A stretch of DNA of 63,106 nucleotides, filler included, from Reticulomyxa filosa (taxonomy: Eukaryota > Protista > Foraminifera), in the NCBI GenBank assembly GCA_000512085.1. It is 16 parts of 16 records of this genome, joined end to end, with 100 filler letters (N's around TTAATTAATTAA, not from the genome) between each part and the next. Parts side by side here need not be neighbours in the genome. Positions count along the whole stretch, not along the records: positions 30,264 to 43,288 come from ASPP01005298.1; positions 43,389 to 46,478 come from ASPP01005799.1; positions 46,579 to 47,913 come from ASPP01033365.1; positions 48,014 to 50,237 come from ASPP01027568.1; positions 50,338 to 51,703 come from ASPP01021253.1; 11 more parts are not named here. One strand, 5' to 3'. Of the stretch, positions 38,334-50,389 are shown piece by piece. The first letter of the stretch is position 1. Each line of letters begins with the position of its first letter. The translations under genes were made by a program, and so were the position numbers. Under the pieces are notes generated by a model. The model ran no database searches and was not told the origin of the DNA. It saw only the letters and a list, made by a program, of their open reading frames with translations.

Positions 38334-40026
38334 ATGTATGCACGTGGTGCAAGGCGTATTCAGGAGAAAGCGCGGAAGTCTTCATTATATTCTTGCCTTC
38401 GTTGTAATGTACCCTCAGTGAAGACGTTGTTATGCTTTCTAGCAGTACTGTTGGTTGTATTTTATTCGACCCTGGCAGTGGCAAATAAATGGTGTGATTA
38501 CCACACCAATTTGCTGCTGGGGCAATCGAAACAATCACTAGTCAATTTAATCTCGCAGACCCAAGTGAATGGAGAAGAAGCGGTAATGAACTTCCAACAA
38601 ACAGTAGAAAGTTTAAAACGAGAAAATGAGATATTGAAATCAACGAATAAAGACCTTCAAGCAAAAATTTTGGCATTGGAACAAGAAAAAAAGACTTCCG
38701 GAGGAGTAACGAAACAGTCACCAAACGACGAAACGCCATATCTTCGAAATCAGGTGACAATTGAAACAGCACCAAAAGGGACGCCTGTAGTGATATTTAC
38801 ATATAATCGAGCGGCATATCTCAAGCAAACATTGGCAAGTGTGCTTCTGTTGAGTTTGAATTGGAAGAATTGTTTGTCGAGTTTGAGAGCAATGGTTCCA
38901 AACATACTAAACACTTGCGTGTAGGTATACTCCACGTGATCGCTTTCCATTGTTTATATCCCAAGATGGATTTGACGACGGTGTGACAAAGACCATCAAT
39001 GATTTTGTTGCACAAAAGAGTGTTTTTCATTTGGGCTTTGATTACAGCAAAGTTATTTTTTAAAAAACAAAAAGGGAGCAATTAAGAGGAAAAAAAAAAA
39101 AAGGATCAAATATACAGACAGACAAACGAAGACATAAAGGATTCGAAGAGCAACGCTGGTTGGCATATCATAAAATCTCGGCCCATTACAAATGGCTATT
39201 TACGAAAATGTTTGACGAATTACAATACAAACAGTTAATAATTTTGGAAGATGATATGCAGATATCTCCCGATTTTTTCCGTTATTTTGAGCAACTGACG
39301 CCATTGCTCGTCAACGACCCCACTGTGTTATGCATCAGTGCGTGGAATGACAATGGACAAGCTTCTTTTGTTCAAAGTCCGACCGCGCTCTATCGTACTG
39401 ACGTCTTCCCCGGATTGGGGTGGATGTTTACCAATAAATTATGGCAGGAATTCAAATCCAACTGGCCATTGGCGTATGTCTTCGGTTTTTGTGTCCTTAC
39501 TTTGTCTTCCTTCTAAACGCTGATTACATACCTTGCAATATGCAGATTTTGGGACGATTGGCTGCGAGAAGAAAAGCAACGGAAAAACCGATCGTGCATT
39601 CGTCCAGAGATAAATCGCGTGTACACTTTTGGGGAACATGGAAGTAGTGAAGGACTATTCTTTCAAAAGTACTTGAAATCGATTCATTTGAACAAAGAAG
39701 ACATTAATTGGTCAGCACAGAATATCGACTATTTGTATCACAACAATTACGATAACTGGTTAAAAAGTATTTTGACGTCTGCAAACGTCATTGATATGAA
39801 ACAATTGAGGCAATTAAAAACTTTTTCTTTTTCTTCTACCGAATACTTAATTTGGTATGAGCATATACAACAATTCGCCACGTTTGCCCAAGAAATTGGT
39901 TTAATGAGTGACGAGAAATCTGGAAAAGCAAGAACTTCTTACAATGGCATTGTAACCGTCCGTTATCATGGACACAGAGTCCACTTTGCACATAAAAAGC
40001 TTTCAGCATTTTTTTTTCCATCTTAA
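38334..40026 (+). CDS. MGAT1: Alpha-1,3-mannosyl-glycoprotein beta-1,2-N-acetylglucosaminyltransferase (GnT-I, GT13)
   Basis: Type II anchor and coiled-coil stem; VIFTYNR, SQDG, YHKISAHYKW, IILEDD..ISPDFF.YF, CISAWNDNG, RTDVFPGLGWM, FWDDWLR, CIRPEI.R..TFGEHGSS. Confidence 0.93.
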
Positions 40027-42632
40027 TTCAACTTCAATGTCTCTTGAATGCTTTATTTGATGCAAATTTCGATGATAGAAAAACAATTCAACATCACGAC
40101 CAAAAAGCTACTTTTTTAACTTCATTTCACTTATCTTCAAGCAAATATCTTTATTTAAGATAAAATTTTCCTAGTTAATTTATTGTAATATCTACAAAAT
40201 GAAACATAAGTCGATCATACAGAAATCAAAATCTTTTTAAAATATTCAATACAAGTTATGTCTATTCAATAGCAAATGTAAACACGGCATTATAATACAT
40301 AATCCAAAGTCATGATACACTTATTGAAAATTTGTTAACAAAAAAGCACATAACAATCTTCAGAAAAAAAACACGTTAGTAACAAATTGACAAACGAGGC
40401 AATTTTAAAGCTTGTGATGATAAATAATGAGTAGAATTTCTGATAGCTTGTACAATTATTATATAAAAGAAGCTAGTCAAATGATAGATCGGCAAATGAT
40501 TGCAATACAAAAATTTGTCTAGATTTTACAATGCTTTCAGTTTTTTCAAAAAGAGAACAAGCTTTGAATAAAGAAGGAGTATATAAAAAGATGATAAATT
40601 CGCTGAATTTTTGGTAATTCATTCGTATTTGTCATTCTGACTGTCTCCAAGTTTCACTACTCATCATTATTTTAAAAAAGAAATAAATTTTTATTTGACA
40701 AAAAAAAACTTATTATACAATAAATGCATTCATTTGCTTATTTTTGCTTTTACACTCCCAACAAATTAAATTTGTACAAATATTTGTTCTAGTTCAAAAA
40801 TTTATTTTGGAAGCAGTTAAATAGATGTGTGAGTTTGCTTTGGTGTATATTTCAAGCAAATAGTCGTAACGTATTTGCAAAAGACCGTCGAACCAACAAA
40901 AAATCTTAGACTGTGACAAGACTTGAAAACGCTATCCGTAAATTAGGCAATTAGGAAGAGACGAGTAAACCAATCAAATTTTGATCTTTTTTGACTGTAT
41001 TGAGTTTTTTTTACGTAATCAATGTATAGCGAAATTTGCAAGCCAGATTTCACTTTGTGATGTTGTGTGCGAACAACTTACAATCCTAAATTTACATTTT
41101 TTATCATCATCAACGTTAAGCTAGACGACACAACAATAAAAAGTTTACTAGTTCTGGACCCCAAGTACTGTATATTTGCTTTTGGATTACTTACTCTTAT
41201 TTTGATTGCCATGCAGTGACATTATGGGTATGGATCATCTTTGATTTATTTTCCACAGTTTCTCACCACAGTGATTATTACTTTCATTGGATGTTGTCTC
41301 CTGAATATCATGATTATCATCACTTAGTATTCAATCAGAACTTTGAAGTTGTACCAAATAAATGATCCATTATACCAAGCACATCAAAGTTTCAGAAATT
41401 GTATCAATATCAATCGCATAAAAATTTTTTAACTACTGATTGTTTTGAGATAAAAAAATCAACTTGATCGCAACACATGGAAGGAAAATCAAAAATGAAT
41501 AAATGATTGTGTAATTTTGCTTTATTATGTTTTAATTAAAGTGTTTAAAAATATACTGACAGCTCTGTAATGCCAAATGTTATGTCTATATTTGAACATT
41601 TTTCAATAAGATCAAATTATAAAAGCTATCTTTACTTTTTGTTATTGTCATTAATATTAGTTGATGAATTAAAAAATGAGTTTTGTAAAAGAAATTTTGA
41701 AAATGATTCGTTAAATATGTTAATTTTTTTAAACATTAAAATATTTGTCAAAATTTTTATACAAAAAAACATTGACAAAGAAATGTTATATCTCTTGGCC
41801 TACTGTTTTTTATGAAAATATTTTTTTTCAAGAAAAATTAGGTGGTACATCACAAGTCCTTAGTTTTATTGTAGAAATAAGTTAAAACTAACACAAACAA
41901 ATTTGGGAACAAAATTGTTCAAATACTCTTTTTCTAAAACTAGTAGTGTACATCATTGGTTTGTTCATTTCAAGAGAAAAATTAATATTGTATTTCAAAG
42001 CAATACAACATATCTTTTCGTTAATAGTGAGCATCTTCAATATTTTTGTGATATTTTGCAATGAATAACACTTTCCTTGAAAAATGAAATATTTTTTAAA
42101 TAAATTTGTCAAATTGAAATATCAACTTGTGCATGCTACAAAAGTACTATTTTTTTGTTTATGATAAAAAAGTCTACATTTGCTAAATCTTGTATTATTT
42201 TCTATTTTATTAAATGATTTGCAATTAGTAAATGAAATTTATTTTTGAATGATTAATCTTAACAAAACAGTACAAGTTTTATTTAAAAAAAATTGTTAAT
42301 TATTGAAAACAATTTCTTTACGACAGTGGTCTTTGAAAAAAGTTGAGTATGAATAATAAACTCTTTCAAAACATGACAATAAAGTTTTTCTTTTGCGAAG
42401 ACGACTTGACCAATAAGACATTATACTGGACTTTATTCTTTGAAAACGACACGACAATGATTTGGACGACCATTTGCACCATACCAGCAATTACAACAGA
42501 TCAACACCGATCATCAATTATTGTTAATAGAACACTCGAAGCGACGACGAAACGAATTATTGCAATGGACACAACGACAAGGAAAAAACGAAGAAAGATT
42601 TGAATGATGGAAATGTGTGGTGACTTTTTTTT

Positions 42633-43046
42633 CTGCTGGAGACTCATAGTGTATTTGGATGACACCTTGTGTCAATACCAAACACACTACCTCTCGACAG
42701 CAGGGTCGGGAGAATCGTAGTATAAAATGACTACTTCTTACGGACTTATTGGCCGGAGACTAGTAAACAAATTTGAATATAATATAATTTAATTACCTCT
42801 CAACGGCATTGTCCGAAGATTAGTATCATTTATACTACCTCTCAACCGACACTTGATTAACTTGCGCTGGAGATTAAGTAATGTATGGCATGCAATTGTG
42901 CGGCCTGACAGTGAGACTCACAGTGATTTTCACTACATCTTAAACGGCCCTTTTATTATTTTTTTAAATTTATTATTAATGTGGTCGGAGACTCATACTG
43001 TATGTATTATCATCAATTTGCATCCATCACATTACCCATCCGCGCC
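42633..43046 (+). repeat. Tandem array of structurally conserved hairpins (putative structured RNA or ssDNA elements)
   Basis: Alternating motifs GGAGA(C/A)T(C/A)RTAG and CTACCTCTCRAC that base-pair, with different basal and apical stems in each unit (see findings). Confidence 0.75.
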
Positions 43047-43429
43047 TTTTGTCACTATCTTCCACTTCCGCATCCATATCAATCCACATTTCTTCTATCG
43101 TCATCACATCACTATGCGCCAAAACATTTCGATGATAACAACGATGACTATAACAATGATGATGATTATGATCATTATTATTGCGACAGGAACACATTGC
43201 GAACAGGAACGAGAATACCAACAATTGCAACATTTGATATCGACTCTGGTTTATCTATGTTTATATATGTTTATTTAGTTATTTATTTNNNNNNNNNNNN
43301 NNNNNNNNNNNNNNNNNNNNNNNNNNNNNNNNTTAATTAATTAANNNNNNNNNNNNNNNNNNNNNNNNNNNNNNNNNNNNNNNNNNNNATATATATATAT
43401 ATACATATACATATATGCGATATTTCTAG

Positions 43430-43737
43430 ATTTAAGTCACTCTGATTCCAACCCTATGTTCATGTCTCGATCGGTGAAAGTGACCGGTCTCTCCAAATCC
43501 TATGGCAAAAAACACACAGAAGACAATACCAGTATTGAAATGACAATTGACTTAAGCGATACTTCCAACTTAAAAATCTTTGTCAAATTCAATGGTGAAA
43601 TGCTGCTTGTAGTCGAAAACTTGGACGTAAAAATACCCGACAATCCTGAAGAGGATATCATGTTATACCCTGCCATGTATTTAGGCGCGTGCCAAACCAA
43701 TAAATTCAAAGTGCAATTTTTTGAAAATGATATGTGA
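43430..43737 (+). CDS. SPRY-like domain, final exon
   Basis: SYGK...SIEMTIDL...IFVKFNGE...LYPAMYL pattern following an AG acceptor. Confidence 0.55.
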
Positions 43738-44596
43738 CAATACAAATTAACTTAAAAAAAAAAATAAAAAAAATAGCTTGGTTTCGACCTAAAACAATAT
43801 TGAAAAATGTCATCTTTTAACAATAACAATAAAAAAATTCTTAGCTTTTAGTAGGTGTTCAATAGTTTATACAAAATATTTGATTGATAGCAAGATGTGT
43901 GTGACACTATTTACCATTGGTTTGGTATCAATTCGTTTTGTCCTCCCTTTCTCCTCTCTCTCTCATTACCTTACCAGACATAAACAAGACTCGATATGCT
44001 TACAACAAGCAAAAAAAAAATCATCACAACATACCTTTGGCAATGTTCGTTTCATTAAATTTTTCTTTTTTAGTGTGCTTAAGTGCATTTTTTTTGATCA
44101 TTACTTTTTTTTTTTACGTATTTAGTCAAACTGTCAAGTCTACATTAAAACGTAGAAAACTCTATCCATTTTCTTTTTTTGAAAACGCATTCGCATTGGA
44201 ATATTCTTATTCGTCCCTTTCCTATAGTCTGCATTGTCCACTATCAAATCTCAAAGTGACAAGCACGTGACAATACATTTGTCCGAATGGATACAAAAAA
44301 AAAAAAAAAAGGAAGAGCATGCATGTGCAGAATGTGAACTGTTTTTAGAAATGAGAAAAAGTCAAGTAATGCTCAATTCAATATCTGTGAGGTTTAAAAG
44401 AGATGATGAACACAAAACAAAAAAAAAAAAAGATAAAAAACAAAAGAAGGCAAATAACCATCAAAGGAAGCAAAACAAAACAATGGAATGCGTTGACATA
44501 GTATACAATTGGAGAAAAAGAAAGAAGTTTGGGAACGGTAAGAATTAAAAAAAAAAAAAATGAAAGACGTGAAGATAAATAATAAAAAGAGGAAAA

Positions 44597-45625
44597 TTAG
44601 AGATCGGCGATCTTGACACCGATGGAATTCCAACCAACAGGCCAAACACTGTAGCCAAAGCTAGTGAGCAAGGCTTCTGCAGATATTTGATCAGCCTCAG
44701 ATAAGTGAAGATTTTCATAAATGACGATCAAAGGTTTCAAAGATGGCATGTTCATAAAGCTCTTGAGAACGACGAAATCATAGCCTTCGGCGTCGATCAA
44801 GAGCACGTCAATGTTTCCATTGCGAACGGCCAGTCCGCTTTGAAAGAACTCACGCACGACAGTCCCAGGCGTGGCACTTCGTACGCCAATGGGTTGGATG
44901 TAATCCTCGACTTCCAGTTTCAATTCGTTTCGTCGACGCAATTTGATCAAATGTTTAACAATGTGATTTTTATTAAAAGACCCAATTTGATGTTTCAAGG
45001 CGTGCGTTTCGTCGGGTTTTTCCTGTGCGAATTTCTCATTCACGATATAGAAGGTCTGTTGTCCATCGTTATCGGACAGTGCCGCGTTCATCAAATAAAG
45101 TCGTTCTTTGTATTTAAACATTTGCGAGTCCACATTTTTTTTCAGCTTTTCAAACAAATATGGCACCGGCTCCATCAATACTCCATGCCAGTTCTCTTTT
45201 TGCAACAGTTTTTGGATTGGGTCATTCGAAGCCAAAAATTCCCCGTCGCAGGCTCCCACTTGAATAAAGTTCACTCCTTCGCCATAACTACTGTACACGT
45301 CACTTAACAGAGACAACGCTTGCATATCCGATGGCAGTTTCGCATCTGTCGTCCCAATCTTCTTTCGGATCACTTCTCCAAACTCAAACCGAAATTTCTC
45401 TTTCAGCTTGCTTTCTTTTTCTTTCATTGCTATCGACAATTGTCTCCTTGCTTCTTCTTCCTCTTCGTACTTGCTTTTTTTGCTCGCCGATCCTTTCATC
45501 CAACCCGCACTGTTCACTCCATAGTCCAGTCCTACAACTAGTAGAAAACAAAACAACACCACCAAGATCCAGATGAAACAATTCATCAATGTTTTGCTTC
45601 GTTGCTGTTCTTTGCGAAAACGCAT
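44597..45625 (-). CDS. FkbM-family (Methyltransf_21) SAM methyltransferase with N-terminal TM anchor, intronless
   Basis: FIQVGACDG, GVLMEPVP, NAALS, IDVLLIDAEGYD..VL and P.VIIYE motifs. Confidence 0.88.
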   Translation of the reverse strand: MRFRKEQQRSKTLMNCFIWILVVLFCFLLVVGLDYGVNSAGWMKGSASKKSKYEEEEEARRQLSIAMKEKESKLKEKFRFEFGEVIRKKIGTTDAKLPSDMQALSLLSDVYSSYGEGVNFIQVGACDGEFLASNDPIQKLLQKENWHGVLMEPVPYLFEKLKKNVDSQMFKYKERLYLMNAALSDNDGQQTFYIVNEKFAQEKPDETHALKHQIGSFNKNHIVKHLIKLRRRNELKLEVEDYIQPIGVRSATPGTVVREFFQSGLAVRNGNIDVLLIDAEGYDFVVLKSFMNMPSLKPLIVIYENLHLSEADQISAEALLTSFGYSVWPVGWNSIGVKIADL

Positions 45626-46192
45626 TTTTAGGCCTTCTCTATATTTTTTATTATATATTAAATCTAAACCGTTATGCCACGCTCAAACATTCACCCTTAC
45701 CGAACCCTTGATTATTTTGTTTTGATTCACGAAGTTTAAAGTTTTTTTAAAAAAAACTGTTTAAAGTAAGTTGATTTCAATAGATCAAGGCAAAAAAATA
45801 TTGCTGAAACAAAAATCTTGAATATTTCGTATGTTCTTTTCAAATCTTCTTTACTTAGTGTTGAAAATAGTACTAGCCCTCAGCTATTGAGGTATTATAT
45901 AATTTTCTTATAATGTATATGATTATGTCATAATCAGTAACAGAGATGGGAACGCCTTCAGTTGTTCCCTCCTTTCTTTTTTTTTTTGATATTGTTGAAA
46001 TGTGGATCCAATAAAACACCATACAAACAAAAGTACTTTTGAGTACCGTTGTACTCTTTATAAAAAAAAATCTCACTTCCTCTTAAAGATAAGGGAAGGG
46101 GAGAAGTAAAGAGCCTTTGACATACACAAATTCTGTTCATCTTAAAAGAAAAACACTTACTGTATCGTGTATTTGTTTAAATGCCCAACAGT

Positions 46193-46350
46193 TCAGGTGC
46201 TGTTAGTGTTATCAACTAGAGACTGGCTTTCGTTTTTGTTGGCTTCTGCGTCTTGACTCTTGGATGAGGTTTGGGCCGATTCCTCTTGTTCGACCTTTTC
46301 GGTCTCAGTTGCAGCAGGGGCGCTTTGATCCTGTTTGGGTTGGTCTTCTG
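46193..46350 (-). CDS. Final exon of a low-complexity acidic protein
   Basis: EVKAEDQPKQDQSAPAATETEKVEQEESAQ...ST* after an A-rich acceptor; truncated by the contig. Confidence 0.4.
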
Positions 46351-46640
46351 CTTTTACCTCCTTTTTTTTAAAAAAATTTGAAAAGGCCAGTCGAAGCATA
46401 CACACAAAACACAAAATAAGTATTAACAAAAAAATTGACAAATACACAAATTACAAATAATATACAAATACATATCAANNNNNNNNNNNNNNNNNNNNNN
46501 NNNNNNNNNNNNNNNNNNNNNNTTAATTAATTAANNNNNNNNNNNNNNNNNNNNNNNNNNNNNNNNNNNNNNNNNNNNCATTTGGAAGGCTTCATGGATT
46601 GGATTGTGAACGCGCTGTCGTCAAGCGGTGATTCGGATTA

Positions 46641-47770
46641 GTGGAACATGTCTTCAAGAAATACCCCAAAAAAATCTCTTTCGATTCATTGACTTGTATC
46701 AAGAAGAGGTATGCTTGTCGTATTTGCAAGTCTTCAATTTACAATTTCACTATCTTTTTTTTTCAATTCCTTTATTCGGAACTCTCTTTGTTGTTGTCGA
46801 TGAACTTTGTGAATGTGCGACGGGATAGTAGTAACGATTAAACTTTTTTTATTTTTTAAAAAAATAAATGGATTAATTTTTTTTTTTTAATGTACGTAAT
46901 TTTTTTTTTTTTTTAAGTGTATTGTAACGTATACGTGGGTTTATAGCAACATTTTTTTGGTATTGTATTGGATCAATAAATAGCAAATACACGAGTCCAC
47001 GTGCTGGTGACACATTTTGTCCAGGCCTTTGATGTGATATAAAAACTGAACGCACTGAATGCAGAGAATTTAAAATCGACGTTTTTGACTCAACCAAAGA
47101 TATGTGTATTGAAACAACCGCCATTGCGTGAGGAGTATCGGTACATTTTGGAGAGGCAAAAGGAACTGCATTTTGTTGGCAACAGTTTGCAACGGCCGTC
47201 GTTGTTGATAAAGCAGTTGAAAGTGAAATCCACCAGGACTGCGATCAAGCATGCCAAAGCAGGTGGTTCGGCTCAGCAACAGTCGCTACCATCGGGTTCA
47301 AAAGCGTTCGCGTCAACCAATTATGCGAATCGTTTCGGAAGTGCAAGAAATTTATCAGATAGGGACAGAGATTACAACTGCTTGGACTTTTTGATTGCAG
47401 AGGCAACAGTCTTGAGCAATTTGAAACAAAACGCAAGCGGAGTGGTTCAAATCGTCAAAAGTATTGACCTTCGACAATGTGGGCGATGCGTTCAATTATT
47501 ATGCTTCGTTGTCCTCGTCAACCAAAATCGAACTGAAGAAAAGCTGTAAGTTTTTAACAAACTGGAACAACTTGAAGATAGCAAACGATCATTTAAGTTA
47601 ATTCATATGATATTTCTAATAATCTTCACATTGGAAATGGTATTAAAACTATTTTGTTTGGGTTTGTGGTACCCAATTGATAAGGACTTTATTCCATTCT
47701 TCAAACACCCTTGGCATATACTAGACTTGCTCATTGTCATAATGTCATGGATTTTATTTTATATTCAGGC
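46641..47770 (+). CDS. Voltage-gated cation (Ca/Na-type) channel fragment, possibly degenerate
   Basis: IFLIIFTLEMVLKLFCLGL...FFKHPWHILDLLIVIMSWI is the S2-S3 signature of Ion_trans domains; upstream exons unresolved. Confidence 0.65.
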
Positions 47771-49079
47771 AAATACTTTGGTGTCATGTCGTTTGTTGTT
47801 AGTCTTGTATTTACTGCTGCTCACGAGTATGATTTTCTTTGTCCATATGTATATGTATATATTTCAACGATTATTGCAGTATTGGAGAGATTATAGCACA
47901 TTCATACATCTTGNNNNNNNNNNNNNNNNNNNNNNNNNNNNNNNNNNNNNNNNNNNNTTAATTAATTAANNNNNNNNNNNNNNNNNNNNNNNNNNNNNNN
48001 NNNNNNNNNNNNNGTCCATTTTATTGGGAAAAGACAGTTTGTTTTTTTTAAAAAAAAAGGGGCTACATACACATAATACATATATGAACATATATTAAAT
48101 GTGAACTTTTTTTTAAAAAAATAGAAATATTATCCGAATATGAACATTTGCGTCCAAAGAACTAGATCGAAATGGAATAACAAGTAGACAAATTCATGTT
48201 TGAGTTTGATCGACTGACGGCAAAGAAGCACACAGCGTCGCATGCGTGCCTGGATTCAAACGAAAGGGGGAAGACAGGTTCAAAGTGATTCATTATCCGT
48301 CCAAATTTCTGCGAGAGAATGTATCGCAGTGTCGATTTGCTTAACAGCAAAGAGCTGGCCGATACGTATAATAATCAACATGTTCCCAATATTTATGAAA
48401 GAGAAACACAAGGAATACTATCAATTGAATAATCTTAATGATATTTTTGCCATTGAAAAATCACGTGTGATGCGGCATAAAAGCACTTAGATAGCCAAAT
48501 TTGGCCAAGATTTCAAACCTATTTAATCCATTTTTGTGTTGATTTTTTGGAATTTGATTAAATTGTATCACATTATTTTATTGCATATTATCTTTGTGTC
48601 ATTGCAATCTTTCGGTGATATAAACAAAAAAAAAGTACATACTTTTATTCGTAAGTAATAATCTTCTAATACAGTTTTTGTCATCTTTCATTTCAAATTT
48701 TTAAAAAAAGCGTTTTAAATGCTATGCAGATAGTAACTTAAAAAGTAATTACAATTGTGGAGTGAATATGTTATTTCGAATTCAAAACATTCACTGTTTC
48801 TCTTTCATTAAAAACTAAATAAATCATTATAAAATCGTAAAATTTGCAACTGACAAAAAAAACAACAGTAAAACAAAAATTGATGTTTTAATTATCAATA
48901 GAACGTTACTGTAATATCCTCAAAGGTGCAAACAAAGATTTCGATTATTTGTGATTTCTACAGAGAATTTTTGCCTTGTTTTGTTGTAATTAAGCTGTTT
49001 TGTTGGTCAATGGCATTTTTACATAAATTGATCAACATTTGAATTATGTAATTGTTGGAAATCTTCGCCATGTTTTGCA

Positions 49080-49740
49080 AAGTTAGTTCATATATTGTCC
49101 CCATCTGCTTAAATATGTAATACTGCATAGCTTCTCATTACTTCGCACACATCTATTTGTACAACATATTCAAATGTGATATTGCATGCACTTTTGCACA
49201 ACACGATTTCAAATAAGTGTAAGAATGTGACAGTTAGTGTGTGTAATAAATGTATGTATACACATGTCCATTAAATAAATTTTTTTTTTGGATCAGTGTT
49301 AAATGAATTTGTCTAATACATGCTCCGTAGCGTCGATTTGCAAGAAGATAAGCAGTTTGATATCCAAGTATTTGGCGACTGTCATAGCGCGCACGTGTTG
49401 CACGATCATGAAGCTGTATTTGTTTATCAACATTTAATTTGCCGTGTTTATGAATATATAAATAAATGAATATTTTTGGATACACTCAAACTTGGAACAC
49501 TTAAAACTGACAAAATGTTTATATGAAAAGAAAAAAGCTGAGACTGAGTCGTGGTTTGTCTTTAAGCAAGACACAGTCACCCACTTCGAAGAAGACTTCT
49601 TCATTGTAGCTGCCATTCTCCAGTGGTTTGACAATTATTTCCCTTGCGACAAACAAGCCATGGCCTTCTTTGGAGATAAAGTAGTTGTTGATGTTGAATT
49701 CGTCCAATTGAATGCCGAACATGCCATCTTTCACCTGCAA
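49080..49740 (-). pseudogene. Degenerate gene, possibly BAH-domain-containing
   Basis: FFEVGDCVLLK resembles the start of a BAH domain; downstream frames contain stops. Confidence 0.3.
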
Positions 49741-50348
49741 AATGTCAACAGATGTTTTTTTTTGGAGCTGTCAAAAATCGATATACAATTCAACAAATTA
49801 AAAAGTGGAAAAAAGGCATGTGTATATGTAAATTATGTGTACATACGTATACATATATGTATGTACAAAATATGTAAGTATATTTGAAAAAATACCTTTT
49901 CTATTGTTATTAATTCAACTCAATTACCAACGACATAATCACGAGCTGAGTAGTATGTGTAATCATAGTGAGTTTTTGTACAATTTTGCACTTGCCAGAT
50001 CATCGACTGCTGGTTCACGATTTTGTTTTTTTTTTTGGATAGTCAAAGTATTGCAGTATTAGACTCTAAGTGTTTTGAAATGAGTTTCTAGCTTTTTTTA
50101 TTTAGTCACGAAACAGCGACAAAAAACCCATAAAAATATGATCGAGTATCTAATTAATTTATTTATGAATAATTTCACTTATTATCTTCTTTCAAACAAA
50201 CAAAAAATTAATATCCTCACTTTGATTGTGAAGATAGNNNNNNNNNNNNNNNNNNNNNNNNNNNNNNNNNNNNNNNNNNNNTTAATTAATTAANNNNNNN
50301 NNNNNNNNNNNNNNNNNNNNNNNNNNNNNNNNNNNNNAAAAATAATAA

Positions 50349-50384
<36 letters not shown>

Positions 50385-50389
50385 GACGA

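Noticed and set aside
42633-43046. The hairpin array as a CRISPR array, V(D)J-type RSS (CACAGTG at 42919-42925), hammerhead/HDV ribozyme or SECIS
   Set aside because: No identical direct repeats with uniform spacers and no cas genes; the heptamer has no nonamer; no CUGAUGA/GAAA core, HDV pseudoknot or SECIS AUGA/GA quartet seen.
44705-45307. Long antisense ORFs over real genes (also 2314-2769, 14912-15483, 20698-21135, 22075-22503)
   Set aside because: Shadow frames of the coding strand with no independent motifs.
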